A DNA stretch of 64,000 nucleotides from Trichoplax adhaerens (lineage: Eukaryota; Animalia; Placozoa): positions 157,401 through 221,400 of the forward strand of contig NW_002060947.1 of NCBI RefSeq assembly GCF_000150275.1, given 5' to 3'. The translations under genes were made by a program, and so were the position numbers. Positions 14,570 to 28,760 of this stretch are shown here, in pieces; position 1 is the stretch's first letter; the number at the start of each line of letters is the position of its first letter. The notes beneath the pieces were generated by a model that saw only the letters and a list, made by a program, of their open reading frames with translations, was not told the DNA's origin and searched no databases.

Positions 14570-15953
14570 ATGTCGTCTCTATCCGATAAAGCAACTAATC
14601 TCACAGAAGTTACTGCGACGTTGTCTCCCGTTTTAGCGAATATTTTCTTAATTATATGGGCTCTCTCCTTAATAGCGTCATTTATTGGTAGTTTATTAAT
14701 ATTTCAAGTTATCGTGACCAAATATTTTCCTATGATGCCAGCAACAGAAAAAATGATTATTAATTTGTTAGTTGCGGATTTTTTGTTCGTTTTCTCCTGG
14801 TAAGTTATAATTTTATTAATATTACTATATAGAAACATCGATACGAAATTTCAGAAGCAAGTATTTATTGTATAATTTCACTATTGTGAATATGAATATA
14901 AAATGAAGCAGTTTAAATTTGTGTTAACGGCTAATATAATAGTATAGTGCTTGTGAATATTTATATGTTGTTGCAATACTTCTAGTGATCGTCGAAATGT
15001 TTTGCTTTCCTTTTCATCCTATTATGATTTGAAAGGATTTTTTAACAAACATTTTTCTGATATCTTAAGAAATTACTTCAGTAAAAATTTGAAATTTCAC
15101 TTATAGTTTATTTTATACTATTACAAATTTTAAAATTTATCACCTCGTATATCTGACTTTATTTCTTTGATTGGATAGTGTTGCTTACATGCTGCCCATG
15201 GCTATCGAAAATATTCCGAAGCCCGTTTTTAAGGCAAACACATTTTTGTGCCGATTTCATTATTCTCTAATCATGTTGTCATCATTTGCAAGTGCACTAA
15301 TCCTGGCGATTATTGCTTACATGCGTTATATCAAGCTAGCAACTCTGAAATTTCAACGTTATTTTACCGTTCATAATGTCAGAGTTATTTCCTTTTCCAT
15401 TTGGTTCATAGCAACTTTAGCTACTCTGCCAGCTTTGTTCAATATTTGGGGTGGCCTTATTTATTATTCTAAATTTGATGGACTTTGTGCACCATGGTTC
15501 GATAGCCCAATGGATTTAAATCATCTTACTTATAATATTCTAATCATGGGCTTTTTTTTCGGTGTCGTAAATGTTTTAATTTTTTTCTGTTATTACCGCA
15601 TCTACAAATGCATTCATTTTGCTTTCCGTCGTATCGAAGTTTCTAGAGTAAACAATTCTGATGGGAAGGTGCTAAATTACCGAGAATTACCATCATTACG
15701 CAAGCGTCATAAGAAAGAGATCAAACTAAATATAATATTATTTATCATTTTTTTGGGCTATGTTCTATCTTATGGGCCAGCTGCGGTTATTATAACATTT
15801 CGAATGATAGGGTTGATTAAAGTAAACTCTGATATTATTGTAGTAATTACAACAATCATGTATTCTAATAGTATGTTAAATCCGTGGATTATTTTACTAA
15901 CTAACCAACACTATCGCCGATTTATTAAGGATAAATATTTTAAGAATCGATAG
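14570..15953 (+). CDS. GPCR cluster gene 3, class A 7TM receptor, 334 aa (exons 14570-14799, 15179-15953)
   Basis: TM1-TM2 exon ending NLLVADFLFVFS. Donor TG|gtaagt at 14800, acceptor gatag at 15177-15178. Joined frame is open with TM3 Cys, MRY, W4.50, ECL2 Cys, CYYRIY, SYGP and NSMLNPWII. Confidence 0.9.
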
Positions 15954-18313
15954 ACCCTGAAGCAATTCAAATCTAGTAGTTGAAAAAACGATACGATAAA
16001 TATGCTTTTAGACTGACTGGAATAATTTAAGCAAATTTGTTAATTCCATTTTTCTACGTTACGTCTAGATTCAATAAGCTGCAAACTGGTTGTGGTGGAT
16101 AACACATAATGTATTACTGTAAAGGATTGCAATATTTAAATATAGCTTTTTATCAATATTTCATGGTTAATCAATGTTAATAGCATTACTTACCATGAAA
16201 TGCTTAAAAATCTGTGACATTAATGCTTCTGAGAAATTATAAGTAGTAATATTTTGATTGAGATTTTCATTTTATCGAAGAAATTATCATTTACGCTAAA
16301 ATTGATATTCGTTTTGATGTAAACTGTCATTTATTATGTTAGAGGATGTTAAAAGTTTTACACAGAGAGTTTTTAAATTTTATGTTGGTAATTAAAATCT
16401 ACTGCCAACGTTGAAAATTAAACTAATCGCAAAATGATTATTCTGGTATTTAAAATTCAATTGCAGCTTATTAAACTATTTGTAATTGTCTTTTCTTCTG
16501 GTGTGAGTGTTATTTTTGAACTATGATGCGAATTGTTATATTTGTTGAGATTATTGCTTGGATTGCGGTATTGCAAGATATTATTTTCTTTTGGCGCAGC
16601 AACAACTCCGTAGCAAATAAAAGTTGCTAACGGACTATTAAAATTAGCCTAATATCAGGCATGTCCGCGACGGTTGTCTCTAGTGGGACTTTAAAAATAT
16701 TAACTAGATAGTGATGTTCCTTTTTCAAGAGGTTACAATAGCTAATACTATCTGAATGCTTACCCAGATCAAAGATCGAACTCAAGTTGGTTATTTATAG
16801 CAACCGTGCGGCCCTAAAATTCACTTTAGATAAATCTTATAATGCTAATTGGAAACAGTTTAAGTTGTTTATTTGATAGCAAGATTGCCTACGTACCTTA
16901 CAGAATATTTGCGGTACATATTACAACCTTTTTACGGCAATGATGGTTCTTGTGTTAATATTTTAAAGGCGCTTATTTGCAATTGTATGGTAGTGTAGAC
17001 GTCAATTGCCTGCCGCTTAAACAACGTAAATAGATATATTTATCATGCAATTATAGACATTATTACCCAGTTAATTCGATATAGGGCCTTTCAATTCCTG
17101 AACGATATACACCAAATATGATGAAGCTGTTAATTTGTACGTCGTGAGCACATAATCGGCTTTATAATTAAATGCATAAGTGATTAAGGGATCTAAAGCA
17201 GTTTTAATTAGATTCTTGAGAATATGCTAAGTATTCGAGCGATTCTTAGCTTCTGGGTCATAGTAACGAAAATAACAAGATTTATTACAAGAATAGATAT
17301 ATACGGTATGCCTCGCGGGATAAATAGTATCTAAAGTGTTTTTTATTCCTACTAGCATACGGTAGGCTGTTACTGTAATTTGTAGGCGGCTATCATTGCG
17401 ATTTGTTAGGGTTATCAAGCTAAATAAAATATATCATTATTAGTACGTTATACTTGCATTAGATGAGTATTCGATAAAACTTCAAAATAGCTTTTATTTT
17501 GTTGCATTGATGGCGTCTTTAGTTTGACTACTTTAGCCATTGATAATAATAATGTTGACCATTTTACTTTGGGTAAGGCCTTTATTTATCAGGCGTAACT
17601 GGACTATGGCAATTATAAGATTTAGTGATGCTGATTGATAACGATTGCAATTGTTACGGTGCATCAATATCCCAGTGCACTACATCAATTAGAATAATAG
17701 GATATACTTGCCATGTTAGTCAATATTATAGCGCTATTGATTAAGAATTATTTATCACGTAAACAAGTTGAAATTAACTTCCTCCTTTTGTATCATTGTC
17801 TAAAATTTTACTGAAGATGGTAGCCACATAAAAAAAATTCAAGGCTTTATTTATCAGTTAATTACTATGATGTTCTTAAGATAAATTTTATACAACTGTA
17901 GTGCCAAGAAATTTTGGACATGCCATCATCACTGATTTACTCGTGCTTGATGATGTTATTTTCTGAAAGTAATAGAATATTTAGTATATTAACTTGTCTT
18001 AATTTCAGTAGTAAAGTTATACACTACTACAGTTCTATTTCATTTCTTGAATCCCAGGTACTCACTCATAGCATGGGATTAATTTTAAGGTTTAATTGAC
18101 ATTGTAATGATATGGATAGTGAAATGGATTCGTATACCTATTTTTAATTTTATGACTTTACTTTTGAATAGATTTTAGCTGCTGTTTGACTCATTATTGG
18201 TATGATGTTTGCTATTTGCTATAACTGTCTCTGTTCTTATTTCATATAACTTTCAGAGATGGTCATAAAATTAAAAATCAACCTACTAATTCTTACTTTT
18301 CTTAAGAATTATG

Positions 18314-18415
18314 TTTAAAGTTTTCAAATCAAGATATTAAATAGTAATTAAGCTGATTGTATTTAAAATTTTCAAATAAAGATATAAAAATAACAACTAA
18401 GCTGGTTGTTTTTAA
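18314..18415. repeat. Two-copy ~48-bp tandem duplication
   Basis: TTTTCAAAT(C/A)AAGATAT(T/A)AA...TAAGCTG(A/G)TTGT occurs twice in tandem. Confidence 0.6.
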
Positions 18416-19280
18416 TAATCTTGATTAGGATAAAAATATCACTTGATGGTGAAGAAATTGATTCATGAAAAAATATCTTGAAAGAGTTACTTGAACAGAT
18501 TGTTACCATCATGGAATACAATGCAAGAATATTACTTACTGTGGCAGTAGATTTTATTGATAGTCGAATAATAATGTTGATACCTTTATAAACAGTAAAG
18601 GGAACTCTACTGTTCTACATAATATGAATACATAGGAGTCAACTTTAGATGTTGCTGCAATCTTTCCGCTTTTTGCTGCACGAATAAAGCCAATCCATGG
18701 ACTATTATAATACAGTCTTTATTTGAACTTTCTAGTATAATTGATTATTCAATTCTAGCAGTGCTAATCTTTAAGAATAGAATAAATATAGCCCTATTCA
18801 TTTTGGTAAATAAATGTTGTCTGCAACCTATAAAGGGTCTAAATCAATGCATTTGAAAGATTCTATAGAAGATATTTATGGGATATTCTTTTATCAGCTT
18901 AGATTCAAACCATAACTGATATTTTTTAATCGTCTATATGATGAACCGAATTAGACATTAAAGATAATCGAAGCGCTGCAGGACTTAAAGGCATTAATTA
19001 AACTAAAACTGTGTTGGGTATTAAGTACTCTGGAGAATAATTTAATATACAGAATTATTGTTTCAGTATAGCGTTATTTTTTTAATACCACAGAAACCTC
19101 TTGTCTAAGTCTACTTGTAAATATCCCATGAGGTATTTCTTGGTATTTTTTCAAGCTATTTTATAGAATATATCAATATACCTGATGAAAACCATTACTT
19201 ACTACGACATGTATAGATGAACAGCTTGGGGAGTAGTAAGAGCATAAGAGGATAAGAGTGTTAAATTATATGCTATCAAT

Positions 19281-21478
19281 ATGATAAATAGTACATTTCC
19301 TTGCCCCATCCATACCGAATGGAACATAACTGTATTTTCTTACAGTGTTAGAATTATTTTTCCTATCATATGGGCTATTTCGCTGTTACTCTCATCCATT
19401 GGTAGTGGACTGATTCTTAACATTATTTTTGGACGTTTTAAAAGGTTACCTCCAACAGAAGTATTGCTCATTAATTTGGTTTTGGTAGATTTTTTTTTCG
19501 TTCTTTCATGGTATGTAAACTTCGACTTCAAACTTCTTGATTGTCATATACGTTAAGCTATTAAACGTTCTTTTTTCCTACCGAATTATAAGCATGTATT
19601 ACTTCCACAGCTTAATTTATTACTGGCAAAAGCATTGATATAAGATTTGATTATTGAAATAAATAAGTTAATCTAGTGCATTTGTTGTCACCACAGTAAT
19701 AGCACTCAACATACATTAGCTATTCAGTAACATGTTAGCATACTTGAAGTTATCGCAATCTGCAGTAAAATTAAAGTATATTTCCTACAGGATTCGATTT
19801 TAACATTGACTGTGAAATATTGCTATAATTTTGTAACATACTTTTATTCAACAAATAACCGGTTTTCTTAGTTATTAGCTACATTTAGACGAGGTAAAAA
19901 CTAGATTTTGAACTTCACGTTACAGATCGATTTCAAAGCTCAGCAATATTTATTTTGAATTTATTAATTTCTTGCCCAAATGAATCCACGTTAAAATTTT
20001 TAGCATTAATACATAGTGGTACTATTAAATAAATTATTAGTTATAGCGTTTCATCTTGAAAGAGTACCTTGCATTTCTAATATAAATTTGATCAAGTTGC
20101 GGCGTTGACTTGTTCTGAAATGTTGCCGTTTCAAAGAAAGTTAAATGCTAAATGTTACAAAAATCAGTTAGACGTACTTTTGCTATTAGTTTCTAGCTGT
20201 TATTAATCTATGTCTAGCAATTGTGATCCAGTTCTAACTAACTATTTATCGTATGAAATTAATAATTAACTAATTAACTTAATATGAAAATGCTCAATCT
20301 AATAGATTTATTCTTAGTAGTAATCGTGAAGTCGACTAAACAATTTTTGTGCCTAATTTTAATTTTCTTTATTTTACAAACAAATATGCATAAAAAAATG
20401 CTAGTATGTAGTAGTTTTGTCGTGAATGAATTAAAGTTGATTAGGGAAAATGTAGGTTTTGTTAAAAATTGCTCATACGAGCAAATTAGGAAGAGATAGA
20501 AATATTGATTTTTTAAATTTTGTATTGCTAATTAAATACGAATACGCTGTGATATGATTTGATTTTTAAACTGATTTGTAGCCATGTACACATTAACTTT
20601 ATTGCCTAGCAATAATTTTCTATTCTGTTATCTCATTGTTTAGTATCGTTTATATGATCCCGATGGTGGTATATGAAAGTCCAACATCGCAACCATTGTT
20701 TCCTGAAAATACTTGGCAGTGTCGGCTTTTTTACGCTCCAGTTATGATCACTTCCTACGGTAGCTGTTTGACATTGGCGGCTTTAGCAATGATTCGTTAT
20801 ATTAAGATAGAGCATGATCATGTATTTCTTCGTTACATTAATCGCTCTAGCATGATTGCTGTTTCGATCAGTATATGGACATTTTCCACATTGTGTAGCC
20901 TCTTTCCGATCTATGGTTTCTGGGGTAAACTAAAGTACAGCTCATTATCAGGCCTATGCTCACCTAATTTCGGTCCAATTTTAAGCCCTAGCCAAATTAC
21001 GTACAACATCTTTATTGTTGGTTTATTCTACTGCGTTTTCAATTCTACTTGTGGTTGGTGTTATTTTAAGATATATAAAATACTGTCCGCTGCAGGAATT
21101 AGAAAACAATATCATGATTTTCGTAAAAATCACTCTAAAGATAACAGTAGAATAAATCATCGTAGAAATTATGTCTGGCTAAGGCGAGAGAAAAATATCG
21201 CATTTACTTTATTTATCATCTTTATAGGTAATTTAGCTACTTATGGCCCTGCGGCAATAGTTATGTTCCTACAAATGATAAATGAACTTCAATCTTCTGC
21301 TATTCTTTCTTGCATCTTATTAACTGTAATGTATACTAACAGTGTGATCAATCCGTACATATTAATAGGAAGCAGTAGCAATTACCGACGTTACTTAATT
21401 AAAAGATGGCGTCGATGTTTACTTTGGTGCTGTTGTGTGACTACCAATAGAGTTATTGCCGTAAAAGCAATGCAGTAA
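19281..21478 (+). CDS. GPCR cluster gene 4, class A 7TM receptor, 354 aa (exons 19281-19510, 20644-21478)
   Basis: Donor TG|gtatgt at 19511, acceptor tttag at 20642-20643. Motifs NLVLVD, CRL, IRY, FWGKL.Y...C, TYGP, NSVINPYIL. C-tail CLLWCCC is a palmitoylation-like Cys cluster. Confidence 0.9.
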
Positions 21479-23047
21479 TTTTACAGTATTTTCTTAGAAA
21501 TATTACAGTTAATTATTTCTTTGGCTTTCTAAACCTTAATACATTTATACTATTTTTATACTCTCTATTTAAAACTAATATATAATATATACGATAATAG
21601 TAATCAATTACGTAATCGAATTATTTAAAAAATATTGATTAGGTGGAGGAAGATTAGCAATCAGTTTTGTGCAACATCCTGATCGAATATCGTCTAATGT
21701 TGAGTAACATTCCTTATGTACACCATAACATGGTTATTGTTAATCGTATTTATAGAATTTGCTGATGATGATCTAATCTGTGATGCGACATATAGTTGTA
21801 TTCGCCACTGTATGTCGCGATACGTAGTACCTGGTATAATATTATGAATGAGTATAAAATATTATATACTGTGTAATGGATTCTCATGTAAATTGTTAGT
21901 TGTTAGTTGATATTAACTTAGAATTTATGAAAACTTAAAATCTTTATAATAAGTATAGTAAACCCTATTAAAGATGTTTCATAGTTTTCCATATAAAGAA
22001 AGTTGAATCAGATTGCTTTCTGAATGACTATTTTTATCTAGAATATGTCAAATCTTTATTATCGGAAGTGTAAATTGATGGATGACCATATAAAAGAGTT
22101 AGCTAATAATAAAGCTAGACTTTTTTAAGCTAGGAACTAAAATTTTGTTACGATTGATGAGATCAATAATGCAGCATTTACAATTTTATCCAAATATTGT
22201 TAAACAAGATTACGTAGCAGTACTGTAAGTTCATTGACTACTCTATCCATAAAATGGAGGTTTCATAGTGTAATGAAAATATGTAGTCTATATGAACTCC
22301 TAATGATAGGAATTCATCAGTATGTAATGCTTTAAAGCACCTATTAAAGGCAGATTTGGAGCCAGACAAGAAGGAATGAAAAGCATTTGCGTAAATCATT
22401 GAACCCTGAATGAAACTATTATAACGATATGTAATAAAATCAAAGTACGTGATTGCTGGTAAGATCTTTTCCAACGGTTGGCTAGCCGATGACTTAAGCA
22501 ATGAGATATAAATAAATAAGTTTTAGCTTATATTTATTAATTACAACTTATGAGCGATAAAATAATTATATCTTTATTAAAGTATTTTAAGCTCCATTTT
22601 CATACTGAACTAAAGAGCACGATGATGAATAGTAATCTAGAAAAGGAAATTGAATGGCAACGCTTTTTTAAATTTAGGTTTATATCTTAGCAGCTATGTT
22701 AGATATAATTTTAATATTCTACATTGAGAAAGATCAAAATGATACTATTTCCTTAATTACCTGGTCAAAAATAAAAAACTTTTCTTTTAAAGTAACTATA
22801 TACTTAATTACGATCGTTACCAATCAAGCTCATTTAACAGATATTAATAATCTAATATTCGTAACCAGACGTTGGCATCATTCGTTTTTCTAAGTAGAAT
22901 TAAATATTACTAAAAAGGATAATATCATGTTTAAATGATTAAAGATTTTGAAATTAGCTTTATTGGATGGCTAAATATCAATTAAATCTATTTTTACAAT
23001 CATTGCTTCATTGGCATTTAAACGGAGTAATTATTGCTATCATGCCG

Positions 23048-24035
23048 TGTCACAAAACAGCTTTGCAACAAGATAACGTAATGTACGATCAATAAGTCAA
23101 TTCCTTGAACCACGCATCAAGAACGATATCTGCACTATCAGAAACACTTTTGCTCTGCTAGCAGATGTTAAGCTTTCTAGTTTATCGTAACAATAATTCA
23201 ATAGTCCAGTAGGGCTTGAGTACTGAACAATCACGAGTCCAATAGAGCTTAAGTACCGAACTAACTTTATTATGCATTAGGAGCCGTTATATATAAGAGA
23301 CAATTACCAGTAATGTGCAATAACGGACATACCATGAATGTTAACGACAATCTTATCTTATTCATAATAAGATAACAACTTATTTTCTTAGATATGCTAT
23401 CTAGGACTTAATCGTCATCATTACAGAACAACTGCAGAAATATACTGTAATAAACAGGCTTATTCAATACGATAGATCTTAGCGATACTATGTCTACAAC
23501 ATCTATATTATTTCGTAACAGCAGACCACACAAAGACTTAAACGCCTCGTATTTTACGTTAAACACTAAGTTTGAGAATCCACTTTATTACACGATATAC
23601 TGCATTTATATACTCTTCCTCGATAGTTCATGAGTCATAGTTAGTACGATTAAGTTCGGAATCATTTACTAAATTAGATATTAATTTTAGCTACTGCTCC
23701 CTTAATGCAGACAACAGTATTTACGAACATAGACATCTGATGAGTAATACAGAATAGTCGGATTACGATATGTCCTATCACGGAACATTTCCACGATAAT
23801 TTACAATGTACCATAAGTAAGTTACAATCACAATGATTCGAACTGTAAGTAGATGATTTGCATTCCCTATTATAACTATTAATTCAGTATGTGTACATGT
23901 GTCTCTGTCATAAAAAGTTAGTGCTATATTAAAATACAGTATATCCAAATCAGAAGTTAACTAAATAAGGAGAGGCTAACAGAATTTTCCTAACATAGAT
24001 ATTTCTACTCTAATACAGTATATAACACTGTCACA
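23048..24035 (-). mobile_element. Solo-LTR-like element, family I (~630 bp) carrying a nested 355-bp element
   Basis: Reverse-complement match to 39413-40042 and 57215-57844. Termini TGTCACA...TGTCACA on the + strand. Flanks TGCCG/TACCG give a 4/5 TSD. Confidence 0.85.
23166..23520 (+). mobile_element. Nested solo-LTR-like element, family E (355 bp)
   Basis: Absent from the other two family I copies. Termini TGTTA...TAACA. Perfect TSD GCAGA (23161-23165 and 23521-23525). TATATATAAG at 23288 and AATAAA 23449-23454. Confidence 0.8.
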
Positions 24036-27000
24036 TACCGCTACGTGGCTAGATTCTGCTGAAACATTGGTATGAGGTTAGACTTCTAGTCTATAAATGT
24101 AGCCAACTGAAAATGAGCTTTTGATGAAAGTAAGAATAGAATAATGTATCGTTTATTAGCGTATGGAAGATCAATGTCAATCGTAATTAAAACTGCTGCT
24201 ACAAATTTTTTTTAATAGAAATTGATCGACCGTTTGCTAGATTTTAATCTGCATGAAGGATATTTAATTTAGTATCAAAGACTATTCATTCATTTTTGGC
24301 TTTCTTTACTCGATCAGAACTATCCACGGAGATGTTTTTGAAAACATAAAATGACTAGACAATAGCTTCCGACAACCACACCTACGTTATTGTAACGGAC
24401 ATCTTGGTAATTGGGTGCGAATGGCGTTTATTATACTACTATTGTTGCTTACAATTTATAGTGTACTTAAGTTCAATAAATCTTTGAAAGCTACTCTCTA
24501 TAAAATCAACACTTTAAAATGTTATTTTTCATACGGGTACTAGGTAGTACTTTTATATTTTTTAATTAAATGGCCAGTAACTTTATTTTTATTATGATAA
24601 TATATCGGAGCATTACTATAATATATTCTATTTAGTTATGATGTATAGAGCTATAATTTCATTCGAATGCCTTAACTTCGGCTTGTCCACTAGGAAAGCC
24701 CCTGCTAGAATTATCTAGGAAGAGATAGGGCATCTCACATATTCTAATGACAGACTACGATTTAAAATTATCCAGTAATGATCATCGATTCAAAATAACA
24801 GTTGTAATACTATAAGTTTTAATGACATTAATTTCTGTATTTATTCCATTATTGCAGCAATAGCTTTGTTCCATTAAATCTTGTAGAAAATGCAAATCTG
24901 ATTGTCGATATTATCAATGATTGATAAAATGTGATTTCATTTTTTTGTATGCTAACTTATTTTTTCAATTTTAATGAAGATTTTACAACTTTGGTATATT
25001 GTTCTACCGGTAATTGATAGCAGACATGATCGAATGGTGGTACCATAACGTTTGATAATTATTAATTGAACCTACTGTAATTTGTAATAGCATTATATTA
25101 AGTTCAATTAATAATTGACAAACACAATAGTTCGATCATATTATAGTAAATTGTACGTGTATCTGAGGCCATTGCTACTACTTTAATAAGATAATTTAGA
25201 TTAATTGGTCACAGTCCGAACCGTTATGAATAAAATTCTGATTGATTAAGGGCTATTCACTACGGCATGCTGTAAAAGGCTTTAGAAATAGAAATATTTT
25301 AATTTGATGTTTAAAATTATTTATCATAAGCTGGTGTTGCCACGCGCTACTTCTTGAATGAATTAATCGGACTAATATCAAGAGCTTTCTTTGAGCTGCT
25401 TCCACAGATTTCTGCACTAACCTATGGCAAGGGCTAGTAAGAAGACAATTAGCCTTACTACTATGACTTCGAAGTACTGTCCTTCGAAAGGTTCAATTCG
25501 GTAACGGTAGTTGCAAAGTATGATAATAAAATGAACAACATATACTGTAGGTAGTAACGCTTGCATTTTAACTCAAATCAGCTGGTATAAACCCATAAAT
25601 ATAGCTACAAATTAATAATTTTCTAGCAGCAAAATATGAAATTAAAAAATTATAATTATTTCAATTATATATTTGAACCAATTAGCATCATAAATACTGT
25701 ATTACTGTAATTAGATATAAGGATAGATTAATTTATGAACTCTGATCTTACCTAAATTATATAAAAAGCCTTATTGACCGGTAGTAGTATCATGTCACAA
25801 GTAATGTTCATAAATTACATTTTTCCGACGAAGCACAAGTTATATTGGAATGCTATAGCGTATTAATTCGTAAACTAGTAGGTGAGATACTTGTATGGTT
25901 TTTCTTATTCAATAGAATTCAAACACTATAACAATCGAGATTTCTTCAAAGTCTATAATAATAGGAACGGTATGCCGAAGTATTCCTCTATAAATAGTAA
26001 TTTGCTTATAATACGTAAATTCAAAGTTTTGAATTTAAATGAAAATTTCTGTTCCTGTCGTTTTCAGCTACTATTAGAAGAGAATATGATTTGGGCAGCT
26101 AGTAAAATGAATCAATTCCTTAATTTTTTAGTTAATTTAAAATAAAAGTTTTCTGGGCTATTGTACGATTTACAAGCTATAGACTTTAAGCTGAGTAAAT
26201 ATATAGAGTATTTCGTGGTAATTCTAATTGCAATCTATAACGTTAGAAAATAATTCGGAAATATGATAATATGGGCTTGTCACGGTAACAAATTACCGTA
26301 AGTGGTTATTTCATGCAAATATGTAGATTTACGCTTTATTAGGGGATGGCGACTGTCATCAACGTTCTTATGTTATTCTATTACTGAATATAGTGTAAAC
26401 ATGAGCATTAGGAACAAGATTGGTCAAACTAATGTTTACGTTATAAAGCTGTAATCTAAGTAATTATTCAGTTAAGATGGAAATTTTAAAATTTAGCGGT
26501 AGCCTTTAAATATAACTGTTGGGAATTGGTTTAACTGATACTGTTGCCATCTGCCGATGTATTATAAACCTGATTGGTAAACTTGCATATGCTAATGTAT
26601 ACAGATTTTGGATATTCTAAATTTAAATTTCATACTAAATAAGTTCGATAAGAAGTAATGAAAATCGGGGATATTTCGTATATTAGTGCTGTATTCAACA
26701 CTACAGTTAGATAAGAGAAGTCTTAAACGGAAACATTTTGGTAGAAATATTACCTATGAATGGTCACATTGTAAATCTAAAAGGGGTTGAACAGTTTAAC
26801 TATTTACGCCATTAAAATATCTGTTTAAGCAGTTACCGATTAATAAATTTGATTTAAGATTTCATTTTAAGTTGAATACTTAACTTGTTATCTAGAATAG
26901 TCGATTATAGTTCTGACTACGGAAAACAGTTTCAGTACAGTAGATCGCCTTGTGATATAACAGTATATAGTAATTTCAATTAGTTGGTAGTGACAATAAA

Positions 27001-27610
27001 TAGCCGAAATTATTTTCTCAACCCGTATTGCTAGTGTTATAGTAAATGGAGGTCGATAGCAGGGCTATACATCAGTATATATAAATATGACCGGTAGTTA
27101 ATCAGTTAGAGCTATTGTCGTTATTTCTAATTTAGATTTTTGCGTGATCTAATGGGATATTTCATACTAAAATCAGTTAAGAGAACGTAAATTTATCGTA
27201 ATTATATAAGTCGATCTTCAACCGAAGTGCCTTGAGATATTAGTAAATACGGTAATTCATTCAGTAGATCTAGATACTTGCTGATCCATACATTTACTAA
27301 CTACAAGCTACGTACTACAGGCTTAAGAATTATACCAATAGTATAAGTTATACTTTTGATAATGAACTTGTACAATTTGCAGCATTTTAAAACGATGAAT
27401 ATGTTACGATTTCTAAATATTAAAAGGTTGCACTAAGTAATTTAGTGGTACAAAGAATCCACTTCAATGCTTCAAATTAAATGCTATGATTAAGAACAGA
27501 TCGTGAGAAAGTAAAATTTAGTTTGATCTTGCGGCTTGATTGCAAGATATGATTAGTAATAGTAGATGAGCCAAAATTTTTTTTAGTAAGCCAAGTTTTA
27601 CTAAAAGTAC

Positions 27611-27986
27611 TGTCACAAACCCGCTTCGTGACAAGGATAACGTAAAATAAATCTCTAAACTACTAAAGTCTACGGGATTCGGTATCACTTAACTATCTCA
27701 CAAGAATTTAGATGCCTTAGTTTCTAAGTTAAACGAATACAGAATTCCGATTTTACTCAGCTATCCACCGAGCTTAATACCCTCCAGCAACAGCTATCAT
27801 GAATGAGTCATCATAAGATTATGAAAGTTAGTTCATACTGGATAGCTAAATCAATACACAGATATTTATAATCGTAAATATGTACCGAATGATTCTAGAT
27901 AACTAGATGTCGTGATGTATCCGTATTGGATTATACTAGGATATGTATACTATGCAGTGTAAGTCGCTATGTCAAGAATAATCACA
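27611..27986 (-). mobile_element. Solo-LTR-like element, family A (376 bp)
   Basis: Left part is the inverted homolog of ~65-277. TGTCACA...ATCACA termini. Flanks AGTAC/AGTGC give a 4/5 TSD. ATGAGTCAT at 27803-27811. Confidence 0.65.
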
Positions 27987-28290
27987 AGTGCACCATCGGC
28001 GTAGGCCAAGACTGTAAAAGCCGACCACTAGCTTAGCTGCTCAGTTCCATTTAGTCACTTGCAGGGTCACTTGACTACTATTGCTAAGAATATTCTTATA
28101 TTTTTCTTTAATACATTTTACGACTAAGATTAACGTAAATAAAGTGAAGTATTTAGACCTATTTAATCATAAGTAACTTATTTGTGTAGCTGAGAGTTAG
28201 TTCAACTACGATAGGTCCCTAAGTTAGTTGGGAACACGAGTACTAGTGAAGTTAGTGTTTAAGATCCATTTTCGAATTATAAAGGAGAAT

Positions 28291-28760
28291 TGTAACAATT
28301 AGATGATTGCTAACTACTGTATTAGAAATTGTTGATGACTAATAAAAGCTAGTTTAATAATTACGGTACAAGATTTATATAGCTAGAAACTTAGTAGTTG
28401 TTAAGATTCCCTTCGGAGAAAGGGCCTAGATGCTAATAGAAGAGTAGTGACATCTTAAAAAGAATGATTTAGATTATAGAAAATAATGATGTACCATTAG
28501 AGAAAAGTATTTTATTTGATGACTCATATCTGATTATAGATTAACCAAGTTGTCATAAATGGATTTAACGAAATGCATACAGGAACTGCAGAGATGAGCT
28601 CATGGAGAGAAGAGACTTCACTTCGCTTTGAGCTCCGAATACTTCAGATTTTAGAATAGATTCTTGTAGTAATTAATTCTTGCTCTACTATTCCTAAAGC
28701 CATGTAATAAAAGCCTTTTAGAAAATACTATTTGACTAAGATAGATATTGTGAGGCGCAT
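28291..28760 (+). mobile_element. Dispersed repeat, family B (probable LTR-type element; right end approximate)
   Basis: Inverted homolog of 41813-42277 (e.g. TTCTTGTAGTAATTAATTCTTGCTCTACTATTCCTAAA). Begins TGTAACA. ATGACTCAT at 28519-28527. TSD not resolved. Confidence 0.7.

Noticed and set aside
23737-23792. Hammerhead-ribozyme-like CTGATGA-GTAAT...ATTAC-GATA in the family I element
   Set aside because: It has GATA instead of GAAA and no stem I. The other two copies read TGACTCAT/TGACTAAT and break stem II, so it is better explained as a mutated AP-1-like site.
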